Part shown: piece after piece, positions 1 through 8,711 of the stretch
Layout of the letters: the number at the start of each line of letters is the position of its first letter
How positions within the stretch are numbered: the first letter of the stretch is position 1
Source of the DNA: an uncultured Cytophagia bacterium
GTDB taxonomy: Bacteria; Zhuqueibacterota; Zhuqueibacteria; Oceanimicrobiales; CAZGRP01
Assembly (NCBI GenBank): GCA_964527995.1
Contig: CAZGRP010000025.1
Coordinates: 14,998 to 60,444 of the forward strand
Direction of reading: 5' to 3'
Length of the DNA: 45,447 nucleotides
Program-made: the position numbers and the translations under genes
The notes under the pieces: model-generated
Told to the model about the DNA's origin: nothing
The model's database searches: none
The model's input: only the letters and a program-made list of their open reading frames with translations

Positions 1-32
1 GAACGGAAAGTGAGGATGAGGTTGCAATGGAT

Positions 33-90
33 ACTTTGTTAACTTTACTAAGTTACCCGCTAATATAATGCGGCGGCCCTGGAATGTCAA
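33..90 (-). promoter_or_regulatory. leftward sigma70-type promoter (TTGACA 90..85, 17 bp spacer, TATATT 67..62) with AACTT-N4-AAGTT operator (41..54, plus GTTAAC 38..43) over the predicted transcription start. Serves a minus-strand unit beyond the left edge.
   Basis: Read directly. AT-rich island in a GC-rich background. Same architecture as the 5863-5900, 14864-14941 and 20783-20870 regions. Confidence 0.45.
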
Positions 91-224
91 GGGAAAAATG
101 CATTCCCGAAACAAAAATAAGCATGTCGCAGGCCATGGGGCGCCCTTCAAACGGTGAAGGTTTCGGGCCCAGCCCTTTCTGCCGTCGCTTGCGGCTGCGG
201 CCAGTGATGCCCGGCATTGGCTGC

Positions 225-1532
225 TCATTTGGCCTCAAGCCGATGCACGAGCTGTCTACCCTCTTCAAGCACCAGCTCCTCGGCTGTCGCCGGAAGCGGT
301 CCGGGAGCATTGAGGTATTTGAACGCCTCCTCGACTTCGTATCCACCCTTCTTGAATTCCGCCGCCGGCGGCAGATACCCCAAATACCCATTCGTGTAGG
401 AAGCGGCGAAAACCACCGTCGATCGGCCGGCTGCCTTGATCCCAAGCGAGGTCTCCGCAAACAACTCCGCCGGAGCGCCGACAATCACCGCGGGCCCGAG
501 CCGAATTGCCTGCAGCTCCGCCTCACAGCGATCAGGCGCGGTTCCTGTGCCGACAGCCATCAGGGTTTCCGTCGCCCAGGCAAGCCGCACCCGGAACATT
601 GCTTCTTCAACCGGCTCAAGTCGGCCTTTGTCGAGCTGGGAACGGCAAAACTCCATCTCGGATTCCAGAGTGTGGCGCTGCAGTTTTGCCAGCGGTAAGG
701 ACAGATGTGAAACCGCAGTTGATAGCTCGTGCCATTCCCCAACTTTGGCCTGGAGGCAGACCTTGAGCGCCTCCGCCCCAACGATTCTGCCCAACCGTTC
801 GACGATATCGAAGCCGCCGCGCTCCACTGGATTCACGTTGCCGCCGCCGCCGTTGGTGAACAGACACACAGCCCCCGGGGCGAGGGACTTTTCGAGCAAC
901 CGCGCCGCTGCTCCAGGATAGTCCGCCGAGATAAGCAAATTCTCCCTGGTCAGCACCACCGGATGACAGCCGTAGTTCAGCACCACGGCAAGCGTCCTGC
1001 CGTTCACGGCATCGATGCGGACGACAACCAGCTCGTCGTCGACCACCCCTTTCGGATCGGGTTCGGGCGACACCGACCCTGGCGGAATCCGACCGCGTCG
1101 ATTCAGTCCAATGCGGCAGTGCCCACGTCCCACTCCTATGCGCGCCGGTTCCAGACGCTGGCGCGCCCACCGAACGCAGCCGACGACCGCCTCGGCGAAA
1201 AAGTCGAGCCACGCCTGAGACACTTCTCCCAATTTCGAAAACGGCCTTGTCGACGGGCCCGAATGCGTATGGCTGCAGGCAACCATCACATGGGTCGCTG
1301 GAATGCCGCTGTCCTTCTCGACGGCCTGACGGATGTGCCGAGCCATGTCGGCATCCAGCCCGATCAGGTCGACCGCGACCAGAGCGATCTCCAAAGAACC
1401 CTGCTGAAGCACCACCGCCCGAGCAAAAAGGTCATCATGCACACCGGTCGACGCACCCGGGCGTCCGATGTAGCCCGACAAGTCGACTCCAACAGGCGGA
1501 GTGACGACGACTTTGGCTGCCCCTGCCTTCAC
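225..1532 (-). CDS. neutral/alkaline ceramidase-like hydrolase, last gene of a 3-gene operon
   Basis: ORF 225..1628 (-). N-terminal 'KVVVTPPVGVDLSGY..GVHDDLFARAVVL' resembles the ADITGP / RL.ARAfv motifs of the neutral ceramidase N-terminal domain family. There is no in-frame ATG near the 5' end. GTG at 1532..1530 forms a GTGA overlap with the TGA stop (1531..1529) of the upstream DegT gene, consistent with translational coupling. Confidence 0.4.
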   Translation of the reverse strand: MKAGAAKVVVTPPVGVDLSGYIGRPGASTGVHDDLFARAVVLQQGSLEIALVAVDLIGLDADMARHIRQAVEKDSGIPATHVMVACSHTHSGPSTRPFSKLGEVSQAWLDFFAEAVVGCVRWARQRLEPARIGVGRGHCRIGLNRRGRIPPGSVSPEPDPKGVVDDELVVVRIDAVNGRTLAVVLNYGCHPVVLTRENLLISADYPGAAARLLEKSLAPGAVCLFTNGGGGNVNPVERGGFDIVERLGRIVGAEALKVCLQAKVGEWHELSTAVSHLSLPLAKLQRHTLESEMEFCRSQLDKGRLEPVEEAMFRVRLAWATETLMAVGTGTAPDRCEAELQAIRLGPAVIVGAPAELFAETSLGIKAAGRSTVVFAASYTNGYLGYLPPAAEFKKGGYEVEEAFKYLNAPGPLPATAEELVLEEGRQLVHRLEAK

Positions 1533-2788
1533 AGAATCTCGTCCGCGTGGTCTTGAATCTTCTTCACAGCCGCAACGATGTCGTCCATATCCTCGCGGTT
1601 TCCCAGAAGCACGTGCTGCGGCAGCCACACACCCAGGGAACAGGCTTTCTCCGTCGCCGGCAGTTTCAGAGAGCTGTAGTCGCGGCTGGCGAATTCGGTG
1701 CCGCGCAGGGTGAACTCTTTGGCCTCACGCAGAAAGCCCTCCTTGTAGAGCGGCACATAGCCGGTCAGGCACGGCACGCCCTCCGCATTCAGTGCTGCCA
1801 CAAAGCGATTGCGAGGCAGCCCGTGGAACGCTGCCGGCTGGTACATGAAGATGAAGAGATGGTAGCCGTGGCGGGTGACGCGCGCATCCACCGGCAGCGG
1901 CGAAATCCCCTCGATGTCGATCAGGCGCTGGCTCAAATACCGTGCATTCTCTTCCCGCAGCCGGGTCTGTTCGTGCAGTCGCTCGAGCTGAGCTATCGCA
2001 ATGCCTGCCTGAAACTCAGTCATTCGGTAGTTCCACCCCAGGCGCGGGTGCTCATACCACTCTCCATCCGCACGGCGGCCGCAGTTGCGGTAGGACGCGC
2101 AGCGCTCGGCCAGTTCGGAATCGTCGGTCAGGATCATGCCGCCCTCGCCCGCAGTGATGTTCTTGCTGGCCTGAAAACTGAAGCAGCCGATCTGGCCGAA
2201 AGTACCGACCTTTCGTTGCCTCCATTCCGCGCCGACGGCCTGAGCGGCATCCTCGATCACCACCAGACCGTGTTTTTTCGCCACTGACAGGATGCCATCA
2301 AGGTCGGCCGGATGGCCGCCGAGATGTACAGGTAGGATCGCCCGGGTCCTGGCGGTGACCGCTGCCTCCACGGCATCGGGGTCGAGGCAAAAGTTGCGCA
2401 AATCGATGTCGGCAAAAACCGGGATGGCGTTGACGCAGAGCACGGCGGTGACAGTGGCCACAAAGGTATACGCCGGCACGATGACCTCGTCCCCCATGCC
2501 GATTCGAACCGCCTTAAGGGCTACCTCCAGTGCCGTCGTGGCGTTGAACACGGCCACGCCGTGGCTGGCGCCGTGCAGTTCCGCGAACCGCGTCTCCAGC
2601 TCCGTCACTTTACTGCCACCGATTCCCCACACCCCGCTATGCAACACCTCGAGCAGCATCCGCTCCTCCCGCCGGTCCCACACCGGCCACGACGGGAACG
2701 GGCTGCTTCTCACAGGACTCCCTCCGGCGAGGGCTAGCGTAGCCATGCATTCTCCTTCCGCGTAGCTGGTCTCTGGAATGGATGTCAT
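1529..2788 (-). CDS. DegT/DnrJ/EryC1/StrS-family PLP-dependent sugar aminotransferase (paralog 1)
   Basis: 419-aa ORF. 'VIVPAYTFVATV', 'FSFQASKNITAGEGG' (PLP-lysine motif) and 'PVHLGG' are hallmarks of the DegT family. The ATG at 2788 overlaps by 1 nt (TGATG) with the stop of the upstream SurA-like gene. Confidence 0.8.
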   Translation of the reverse strand: MTSIPETSYAEGECMATLALAGGSPVRSSPFPSWPVWDRREERMLLEVLHSGVWGIGGSKVTELETRFAELHGASHGVAVFNATTALEVALKAVRIGMGDEVIVPAYTFVATVTAVLCVNAIPVFADIDLRNFCLDPDAVEAAVTARTRAILPVHLGGHPADLDGILSVAKKHGLVVIEDAAQAVGAEWRQRKVGTFGQIGCFSFQASKNITAGEGGMILTDDSELAERCASYRNCGRRADGEWYEHPRLGWNYRMTEFQAGIAIAQLERLHEQTRLREENARYLSQRLIDIEGISPLPVDARVTRHGYHLFIFMYQPAAFHGLPRNRFVAALNAEGVPCLTGYVPLYKEGFLREAKEFTLRGTEFASRDYSSLKLPATEKACSLGVWLPQHVLLGNREDMDDIVAAVKKIQDHADEIL

Positions 2789-4482
2789 CAGGACGGCCGG
2801 TGCTGTGGAAAGAGCTGCTGGAGGCGCCGCTTATCTATCTCGATGGACGCCCGCTGGCGCAGCTCCCGTAGCCACTGCTCCCGCCTCTCCTGTCGTTTCT
2901 TGTCGATCAAAATCGTGCGAATCTTCTCCCGGGCTTCTTTGAAGACCTTCGGGCGCGGCGGGCGCCGACCCAGAAACTGGATTACGGAAAATCCTTCGGC
3001 CACAGATATCGGACCGGCGACCTCACCCTTGCGATGGAGCCGCTGAGCCGCCTGGGCAATCTCCGGGAATCTCGACGCCGGGAAATAACCCAGATCGCCG
3101 TGTCGCTTCCGAGCCCAGGGCCGAACCGTGTGTTCCCTTGCGAGCTGGACGAAATCCTTCCCCGCTTTGGCCTGCCGCGCCACCTCTTCCGCCTCCACCG
3201 GGTCGCGCACCAGGATCTCACGCACACGAAACATCTCCGGCTCGACGAAATCGCTGCGATGTTTCTCGAAGTAGGCCACCATCTCGCTGTCCTGCACGGT
3301 CACCTTACGGTCGATCTCCAGTTGCTGAATCCTGTCGAGGAGAAGTCGATCCTCGTATTCACGCACAGCGTCGTCGACGTCGATGCGCTGTCTTTGCGCT
3401 TCGGCCACTGCAATCCGGCGGCTGACCAGGGTGCGCGTCCACTCGTCGATGTTGCGCTCATCCCAGCGGTAGTTCGCCCCTTTGCGACCCAGCCGGTCGA
3501 CGATGTCACCGACCGTAACCTTGCCGCTGCGGAACGAGGCCAGGACGATCTCACGGTTCTTGCCGGTGATGTGCTCGAAGGGGTATCTGGGACGCGTTAC
3601 CAGGGAGGCAAACCGCTTGTAGTTCCCCCTGTGGAATTCGGCCTCGTAGCGCTTCAGCAGCCGATCGAAGTAGGCCTGGCGGCGAAGGCGGATGGTCTTG
3701 CCGTAGACCGCTTCGAGCTGCCACTTGATGAAGGGCTTTTCCTCTTCGAAGCTGCCCCGGATGCGGTCCTCCAACTTGAGGAGATAGTATCCCGCCTTAC
3801 CGCGGATCGGATTGGACAACTCACCTACGTCCAGCACGAACGCCTGCTCCTGAAAATCAGCTGGCAAACTGCCCCAGCGCACATAGCCCAGATCGCCCCC
3901 GCGGGCAGCGGTGTTTCCGTCGTCCGACGCCTCGCGGGCGAGCTGCGCAAAGCTCTCCCCCGCCCTGGCACGCTGCCAAAGCTGTCGAATCCGCTTCGCC
4001 GCTTTCTGCTCTGCATCACGATTCTTCGGTGGCACCCGCAGCAGGATGTAGCGGAGCCGGATCTCCCCGGCATACTTGCGATAAAACTCCTTCAGTTTCC
4101 CTTCCGGAATGACCTTGTCCACCACTTCGCGCTCGACCAGCTTGCTTACCAGCGCCTGCTCCCGGTAGCGTTCCACTTTCCGCTGGATTTCCGGGTCCCC
4201 ATCGAGCCGACGCTGGCGCGCCACCTGCACCATGAGGCGCTCGTCGACGAGCTCGTTCAGCAGCCTGATTTTCCCGGCCAGGGAAGTCGTGTCGATACGG
4301 GCGGGACTTTGCAGTTTGCGCAGCAGCGCATTGCGAAACTGGCCGGCGGTGATGGTCTCACCGTTCACGCGCGCGATCACAGCTTCGTCGAAACTCGTCC
4401 TGCTGCAGCCAGAGGCCACTGCCCAGAGAGCGACAATCAACGGATAGACCCACCCCGCACGAACAGACGAAAGGGATCGCAT
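2788..4482 (-). CDS. SurA-like periplasmic chaperone / peptidyl-prolyl isomerase lipoprotein with two parvulin domains
   Basis: ORF 2788..4611 (-). Start placed at Met44 (4482), which gives a lipoprotein signal 'MRSLSSVRAGWVYPLIVALWAVASGC'. Two parvulin-type PPIase blocks ('GGDLGYVRWGSLPADFQEQAF' and 'HGDLGYFPASRFPEIAQAA') plus a SurA-like N-terminal chaperone region. Confidence 0.65.
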   Translation of the reverse strand: MRSLSSVRAGWVYPLIVALWAVASGCSRTSFDEAVIARVNGETITAGQFRNALLRKLQSPARIDTTSLAGKIRLLNELVDERLMVQVARQRRLDGDPEIQRKVERYREQALVSKLVEREVVDKVIPEGKLKEFYRKYAGEIRLRYILLRVPPKNRDAEQKAAKRIRQLWQRARAGESFAQLAREASDDGNTAARGGDLGYVRWGSLPADFQEQAFVLDVGELSNPIRGKAGYYLLKLEDRIRGSFEEEKPFIKWQLEAVYGKTIRLRRQAYFDRLLKRYEAEFHRGNYKRFASLVTRPRYPFEHITGKNREIVLASFRSGKVTVGDIVDRLGRKGANYRWDERNIDEWTRTLVSRRIAVAEAQRQRIDVDDAVREYEDRLLLDRIQQLEIDRKVTVQDSEMVAYFEKHRSDFVEPEMFRVREILVRDPVEAEEVARQAKAGKDFVQLAREHTVRPWARKRHGDLGYFPASRFPEIAQAAQRLHRKGEVAGPISVAEGFSVIQFLGRRPPRPKVFKEAREKIRTILIDKKRQERREQWLRELRQRASIEIDKRRLQQLFPQHRPS

Positions 4483-4552
4483 CGCATCACTCGGATAGGT
4501 GGATCGGGTTTTCGAATCGATTCGGTCACACATGCGCGGCTCAAATACCTTG

Positions 4553-5788
4553 TCAGGCGATGGTCGGCTGGATTCTCGGTGTCCTCGGAGCGGAGACTGC
4601 GAACATTTCACGCAAGATCAGGGTTACGGCACCGAGGAGTCCGGCATCCCGGCCCAGCTTCGAGGGCACGATGCGCACGGGCTTCTCAGCGCTCAAGAAG
4701 TAGTATTTCGAAACCTCGTCCCGGAGAGGGCCGAAGTAAGCTTCGCCAGCCTCCACGATGTCGCTGTTGATGATGATGGTTTCCACGTCGAGCACGTTCA
4801 TGAGATTGCCGAGGGCCTTGCCGAGCTTTCTGGCGGCACGCTCGATGATCTCCTCGGCCCGGTCGTCCCCGGCGCGCAGGGCTTTGAGCAGACAGCCGAC
4901 GTCGAGTTTATCCGGCTGCTGGTCGCATAGTTCCGCCAGCATTGGACTCGGTCGAGAACGGGCATCCTCCAGCATCGCGGCCAGAGAAGCCACCGTCTCC
5001 AGACAACCCCGCTTTCCGCAGCCGCACGGCTTGCCGTCCTGCTCCACCACCATATGTCCAATCTCGCCGGCAATGCCACGATAGCCGTCGTACAGCTCCC
5101 TGTTCAAGACGATGCCGGCGCCGACGCCTACCTCCACGTCCACGCTGATGAAGTGGGCCATACCGCTCCGCCTGCCATGCCACATCTCGGCGAGGGCGCA
5201 GGTGCGCGCGTCGTCCTGGATGATCACGGGGAGCCCCAGCTCGCGCGAAAGATCGGGCGCCAGCGGCACTTTGTTCCAGCCGGCCAGGTTCGCCGCGATG
5301 GCGACAACGCCGGTCTCGGTGTGCACGAGCCCCGGCACAGCCACTCCGACACCGAGCACGCGCTCCCGCCTGACCTTGCTCTCAGCAAGCACCTGGCGCA
5401 CCGTCGCCGTCATCTGCTTCAGAACGGTTCCATAGCCGCTCAGCGGGTCGATTTCAGTCTGCCGCTCGGCTCGCAGCGTGAATGTCAAATCGGCCACTCC
5501 GACACGCATGCGGTCGGGAGTCAGGTCGACACCGACAGCGTAGGCACCGTCGGGATTCAACTCGACCAGCCGCGGCGGCCGGCCACCGGTGGAAACCCCC
5601 TCACCCAGTTCGCGCAGAAAACCATCCTGCACAAGCCCGTCGACAATCTTCAATACGGCCGGCAGGCTCAGCTTGGTTCTCTTGGCGATGTCTGCTCTGG
5701 AGATAGGCCCCCTCTCCCTCACCAGGCGCAGGATCAGCGACCGGTTCAGGTTCTTGAGCAGTCGCGGTTTACTTCCCAGTTGATGCAT
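4553..5788 (-). CDS. ROK-family transcriptional regulator (NagC/XylR/Mlc type)
   Basis: 411 aa. N-terminal winged-HTH ('ISRADIAKRTKLSLPAVLKIVDGL'), ROK sugar-kinase-like fold, Zn motif 'GHMVVEQDGKPCGCGKRGCLE'. An AT-rich palindromic operator sits in its own promoter (5863..5881). Confidence 0.8.
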   Translation of the reverse strand: MHQLGSKPRLLKNLNRSLILRLVRERGPISRADIAKRTKLSLPAVLKIVDGLVQDGFLRELGEGVSTGGRPPRLVELNPDGAYAVGVDLTPDRMRVGVADLTFTLRAERQTEIDPLSGYGTVLKQMTATVRQVLAESKVRRERVLGVGVAVPGLVHTETGVVAIAANLAGWNKVPLAPDLSRELGLPVIIQDDARTCALAEMWHGRRSGMAHFISVDVEVGVGAGIVLNRELYDGYRGIAGEIGHMVVEQDGKPCGCGKRGCLETVASLAAMLEDARSRPSPMLAELCDQQPDKLDVGCLLKALRAGDDRAEEIIERAARKLGKALGNLMNVLDVETIIINSDIVEAGEAYFGPLRDEVSKYYFLSAEKPVRIVPSKLGRDAGLLGAVTLILREMFAVSAPRTPRIQPTIA

Positions 5789-5860
5789 CTCGATGCCCCA
5801 GGTTCGAAGTCAGGCTCCGGCCACGTCCCGAGAACGACTCGGGAGTCCTTGGCCTTGGGA

Positions 5861-5900
5861 CTAACTTAACCAAGTTAACTTAGGGAACGCAAAAAATCAA
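5861..5900 (-). promoter_or_regulatory. ROK-gene promoter: A-tract, TTGATT (5900..5895), 17 bp spacer, TAACTT (5877..5872), with overlapping operator AACTTAACCAAGTTAACTT (5863..5881; contains the perfect 10-bp palindrome AAGTTAACTT)
   Basis: Read directly on the minus strand upstream of the ROK start (5788). The palindrome half-site doubles as the -10 element. Confidence 0.5.
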
Positions 5901-6028
5901 GCAGTTTTTCCCAGGATGTCGGCCCATCTGGCGGATCGATGGTCGCTGAACCAGGGCGATTCTGCGGCCGGCCGTGTCGATCCATGATGCTCTTCTCGCG
6001 TCACCCGGGAGAGTGAATGTTGGACTGG

Positions 6029-8548
6029 TTACGGCACCCGCCGCTCCAGCGCCTGCAGCGCCTGGGCGATCTGGCGGTTCTTCGGATGCAGCGCCAGCTC
6101 GCGCCGGAATTCTGCTTTTGCCCTGGCGATGTCGTTCATGGCAAGATATGCAAGTCCAAGGCGACCGTGAACGCCCTCCATGTCGGGCTTGCGCCGGATC
6201 GCTTCCTGAAACTCAGCGGCAGCAAAGCTGTACTCCCGCCGGCGAAAGTAGGCCACGCCCAGGGCATTGTGGGTGCGGGCAGCCATGATCTCACCGGGTC
6301 CACTCTCGAGGACGGCCTGAAATTCGCGTATGGCAGCTTCACTCCGGCCACGCTCCCCATACATGACCCCGAGGTTGTAGCGGGCACGGAGGTTGTCCGG
6401 ATCCAGCGCCAGCGATTTCTGCAGCAGGCTCCTGGCGCGGCTGAAGTCGCCCCTGTTATAGTACACACTGGCGAGATTTGCGTAGGCGTCGGCGAAGTTG
6501 GGAGCGAGTGAAATGGCCTTTTCGAAGGCGGCCATGGCTTTTTCCTCCTCACCTCTCTCGAGATAGGCGTTGCCGAGATTGTTGCAGGCCTTGGCAGAGG
6601 TGGGATCGAGCGAAAGCGCCCGCTGGTGAGCTGACACAGCCGCCGCGTAGTCGCCCCTGGCACTGTACGCTACCCCCAGATTGTCGTAGAAGGCCGCAAC
6701 ATCCGGGGCCAACTCGATGGCTTTCTTGAAAGCTCTGACGGCTTCGTCGTATGCGCCTTCCTGCCGGTACAGCAGCCCGAGGTTGTTGTAGGCGTTGGCA
6801 CTCTCCGGGTTCAGGTACCCAAGGCTCTCCAGTCGCTGGCGAATTCGTGGGTCTGCGGCAGAACGCAGCGGCTGTGGTTGGCCCTTCTCGCGGCCGAGCA
6901 GTTCCGGCTCGTAGCTCGTGATCCGATCCACCGGATGGCTCGCCAGGTAGGCAGGCTCCATAACTTCCGCCAATACCCGCCCGCTAAAGTCGGCCGGTAC
7001 CGGTAGATCGAGTAGTGCCAGCACGGTCGGCGCGATGTCGAGGACATGGGCCGACCTCAGCCGCATGCCGTGCCTGATACCGGGCCCCTTGACCACCAGA
7101 ATGCCCCGGTCTCGATGCCACTCTGCGGCATGCCCTTCGCCCACCTCGGCGCTCAGAGATGGACCGTGCTCTGGGGTGAAGAAACCATGGTCCGAAACCA
7201 GCATGATCGTCGTCTGCTGGTCCGCCAGTGACAGAATCTGCCCAAGCACACCGTCGAGAAAAACGTACATCGCCTCGATTTGCCGCCGTGCACGGGCCGG
7301 CTCGATCTCCGCACGCCCCAGGAGCCGATGACCCAGCCGATCGATGCCATCGAAGTAGAGTGCCGCAAAGTCAGGAGGGTCTCTGCGCAGCAGGTGCAGC
7401 GCAACGCGGCGGCGGAACTGGTTCTCTTTCCAGATGCGCTGGGTAACGCGGTTGACCGGTTTGATGCCGCCGGGGACTCCAGAATCATCCACCAGTGAAT
7501 CGACTTCGGCCTGGAGTAGCGCAGGAAACACCAGTGCGGAGTCCGGTCTGACTCCCTGCGTCATGCTGTCAGGAAAAAGAGAAAAGACACGATCTGTGAC
7601 CAGCCAGCCGTTTACCTGTTCCGCTGGCCAGGTGACAAGCCATCCGAGCACACCGGCGCTCTTGCCGTGCAGGCTGACGATGTTCCAGAGGGCCTGCACC
7701 CTGCGCATGTTGCGGGTGGCAGGCGCCATCTCGCCTGTCGTCGAGTCGACGGCGACGAAATCGAGGATGCCGTGCACAAGCGGCTTGCGGCCGGTAGCGA
7801 TGGTGGTCCAGATGAGGGGCGACAGAACCGGTCGAATCGTGCGCACGGGCCCACTCGTTCCGTTTCGGATGAGTCGCTGCAGGTTGGGCATCCGCCCTTT
7901 TTTCAGCAGCGGCCGGAGGTAGTTCCAGTCGGCGCCGTCCCAGCCGATGAGCCACACCCGCCGCCTGCTGACGGCTGCCCGGTGGCTTTCCATGGAAATC
8001 CGGGCATCCCGATCCGCGTCGACGCGCACCAGGCGGAGCGAATCCAGCACGATCCCGAATGGGGCCAGAAGGTTCCAGACGGTCTCTGCCGCCTGCTGCT
8101 CCATCCTCGGTCGGCTGTCGAGAAAATAAAACTTTGTGGCGCTGTTGTCGGCCGCCAACTGTCGCAGCACGTTTTCCACCGCCGGAGCGACCAGTGACGC
8201 CTTGAAGTCCAGACCGTGCTTCCGCACCAGAGGAAGCAGCTCCTCCGGTTTGAGATGCAGGCGAAGAGACACGTCCAGGCGCAACCGCAGCCCTTCCCTG
8301 CTGGTTACTTCGAGCGGCCTGCCGGCACCGAGGTTTTGGGTCCAGCGAAGTGGTACGACTTTCGTCTGGAACAGCAGAGGTAGTTGCCAGAGGCGGGTAT
8401 CGGGCAGTCGTGCAACCGAGCCAGTGAGCCGGGTGACCCGGACAGCCACCGTGCCCGGCCGGTGCTCGACCCTACCTGCCAGGTAGAGCCCCAGCAGAGC
8501 GGAGGCAAGAAGTGTCACCCCAACCGTTTTTCGAAGACCTATTCGCAA
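6029..8548 (-). CDS. membrane-anchored multidomain protein: SPFH/band-7-like domain + NPP-type (type I phosphodiesterase / nucleotide pyrophosphatase, AlkP-superfamily) domain + C-terminal TPR repeats
   Basis: 839 aa. N-terminal TM helix ('VGVTLLASALLGLYLA'). Residues ~30-190 fit the SPFH pattern. Central 'VWLIGWDGADWNYL...PVLSPLIWTTIATGRKPLVHGIL' matches the NPP 'PT.T.P....TG..P..HGI' nucleophile motif. C-terminus carries about 7 TPR repeats ('AYNNLGLLYRQEGAYDEA...'). Confidence 0.55.
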   Translation of the reverse strand: MRIGLRKTVGVTLLASALLGLYLAGRVEHRPGTVAVRVTRLTGSVARLPDTRLWQLPLLFQTKVVPLRWTQNLGAGRPLEVTSREGLRLRLDVSLRLHLKPEELLPLVRKHGLDFKASLVAPAVENVLRQLAADNSATKFYFLDSRPRMEQQAAETVWNLLAPFGIVLDSLRLVRVDADRDARISMESHRAAVSRRRVWLIGWDGADWNYLRPLLKKGRMPNLQRLIRNGTSGPVRTIRPVLSPLIWTTIATGRKPLVHGILDFVAVDSTTGEMAPATRNMRRVQALWNIVSLHGKSAGVLGWLVTWPAEQVNGWLVTDRVFSLFPDSMTQGVRPDSALVFPALLQAEVDSLVDDSGVPGGIKPVNRVTQRIWKENQFRRRVALHLLRRDPPDFAALYFDGIDRLGHRLLGRAEIEPARARRQIEAMYVFLDGVLGQILSLADQQTTIMLVSDHGFFTPEHGPSLSAEVGEGHAAEWHRDRGILVVKGPGIRHGMRLRSAHVLDIAPTVLALLDLPVPADFSGRVLAEVMEPAYLASHPVDRITSYEPELLGREKGQPQPLRSAADPRIRQRLESLGYLNPESANAYNNLGLLYRQEGAYDEAVRAFKKAIELAPDVAAFYDNLGVAYSARGDYAAAVSAHQRALSLDPTSAKACNNLGNAYLERGEEEKAMAAFEKAISLAPNFADAYANLASVYYNRGDFSRARSLLQKSLALDPDNLRARYNLGVMYGERGRSEAAIREFQAVLESGPGEIMAARTHNALGVAYFRRREYSFAAAEFQEAIRRKPDMEGVHGRLGLAYLAMNDIARAKAEFRRELALHPKNRQIAQALQALERRVP

Positions 8549-8711
8549 CGGCTACCTCGGTCGGTCGTCTTTCAAGAAACTCCTGGTTCCGGAAGCACCG
8601 AAGCGCACCGCTGTCCGCCGAAGAACACGGGCAGGGAGGACAGGACATCACGGCTCATTGGCCTTTGGGTGTTGTTCAGTGCCCCGGTGTAGTTCGGTGA
8701 CGAACCGCGAG

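Noticed and set aside
84-698. ORF 84-698 (+) 204 aa starting in the AT-rich region at the window edge
   Set aside because: Overlaps the ceramidase-like gene on the opposite strand and has no motifs. The AT-rich region is better explained as a leftward promoter (TTGACA-17-TATATT) plus operator.
3034-4770. Long antisense ORFs in the six-frame track. Examples: 3034-4770 (+) 578 aa; 11837-13027 (+) 396 aa; 13538-14287 (+); 19209-20387 (+) 392 aa; 21576-22172 (-); 23155-24795 (-) 546 aa; 38667-40004 (+) 445 aa; 40396-41415 (+); 41608-42606 (+); 42913-43641 (+).
   Set aside because: Each lies fully inside and opposite to a gene with clear family motifs. Translations are Arg/Pro/Gly-rich low-complexity with no recognisable domains, as expected for GC-rich shadow ORFs.
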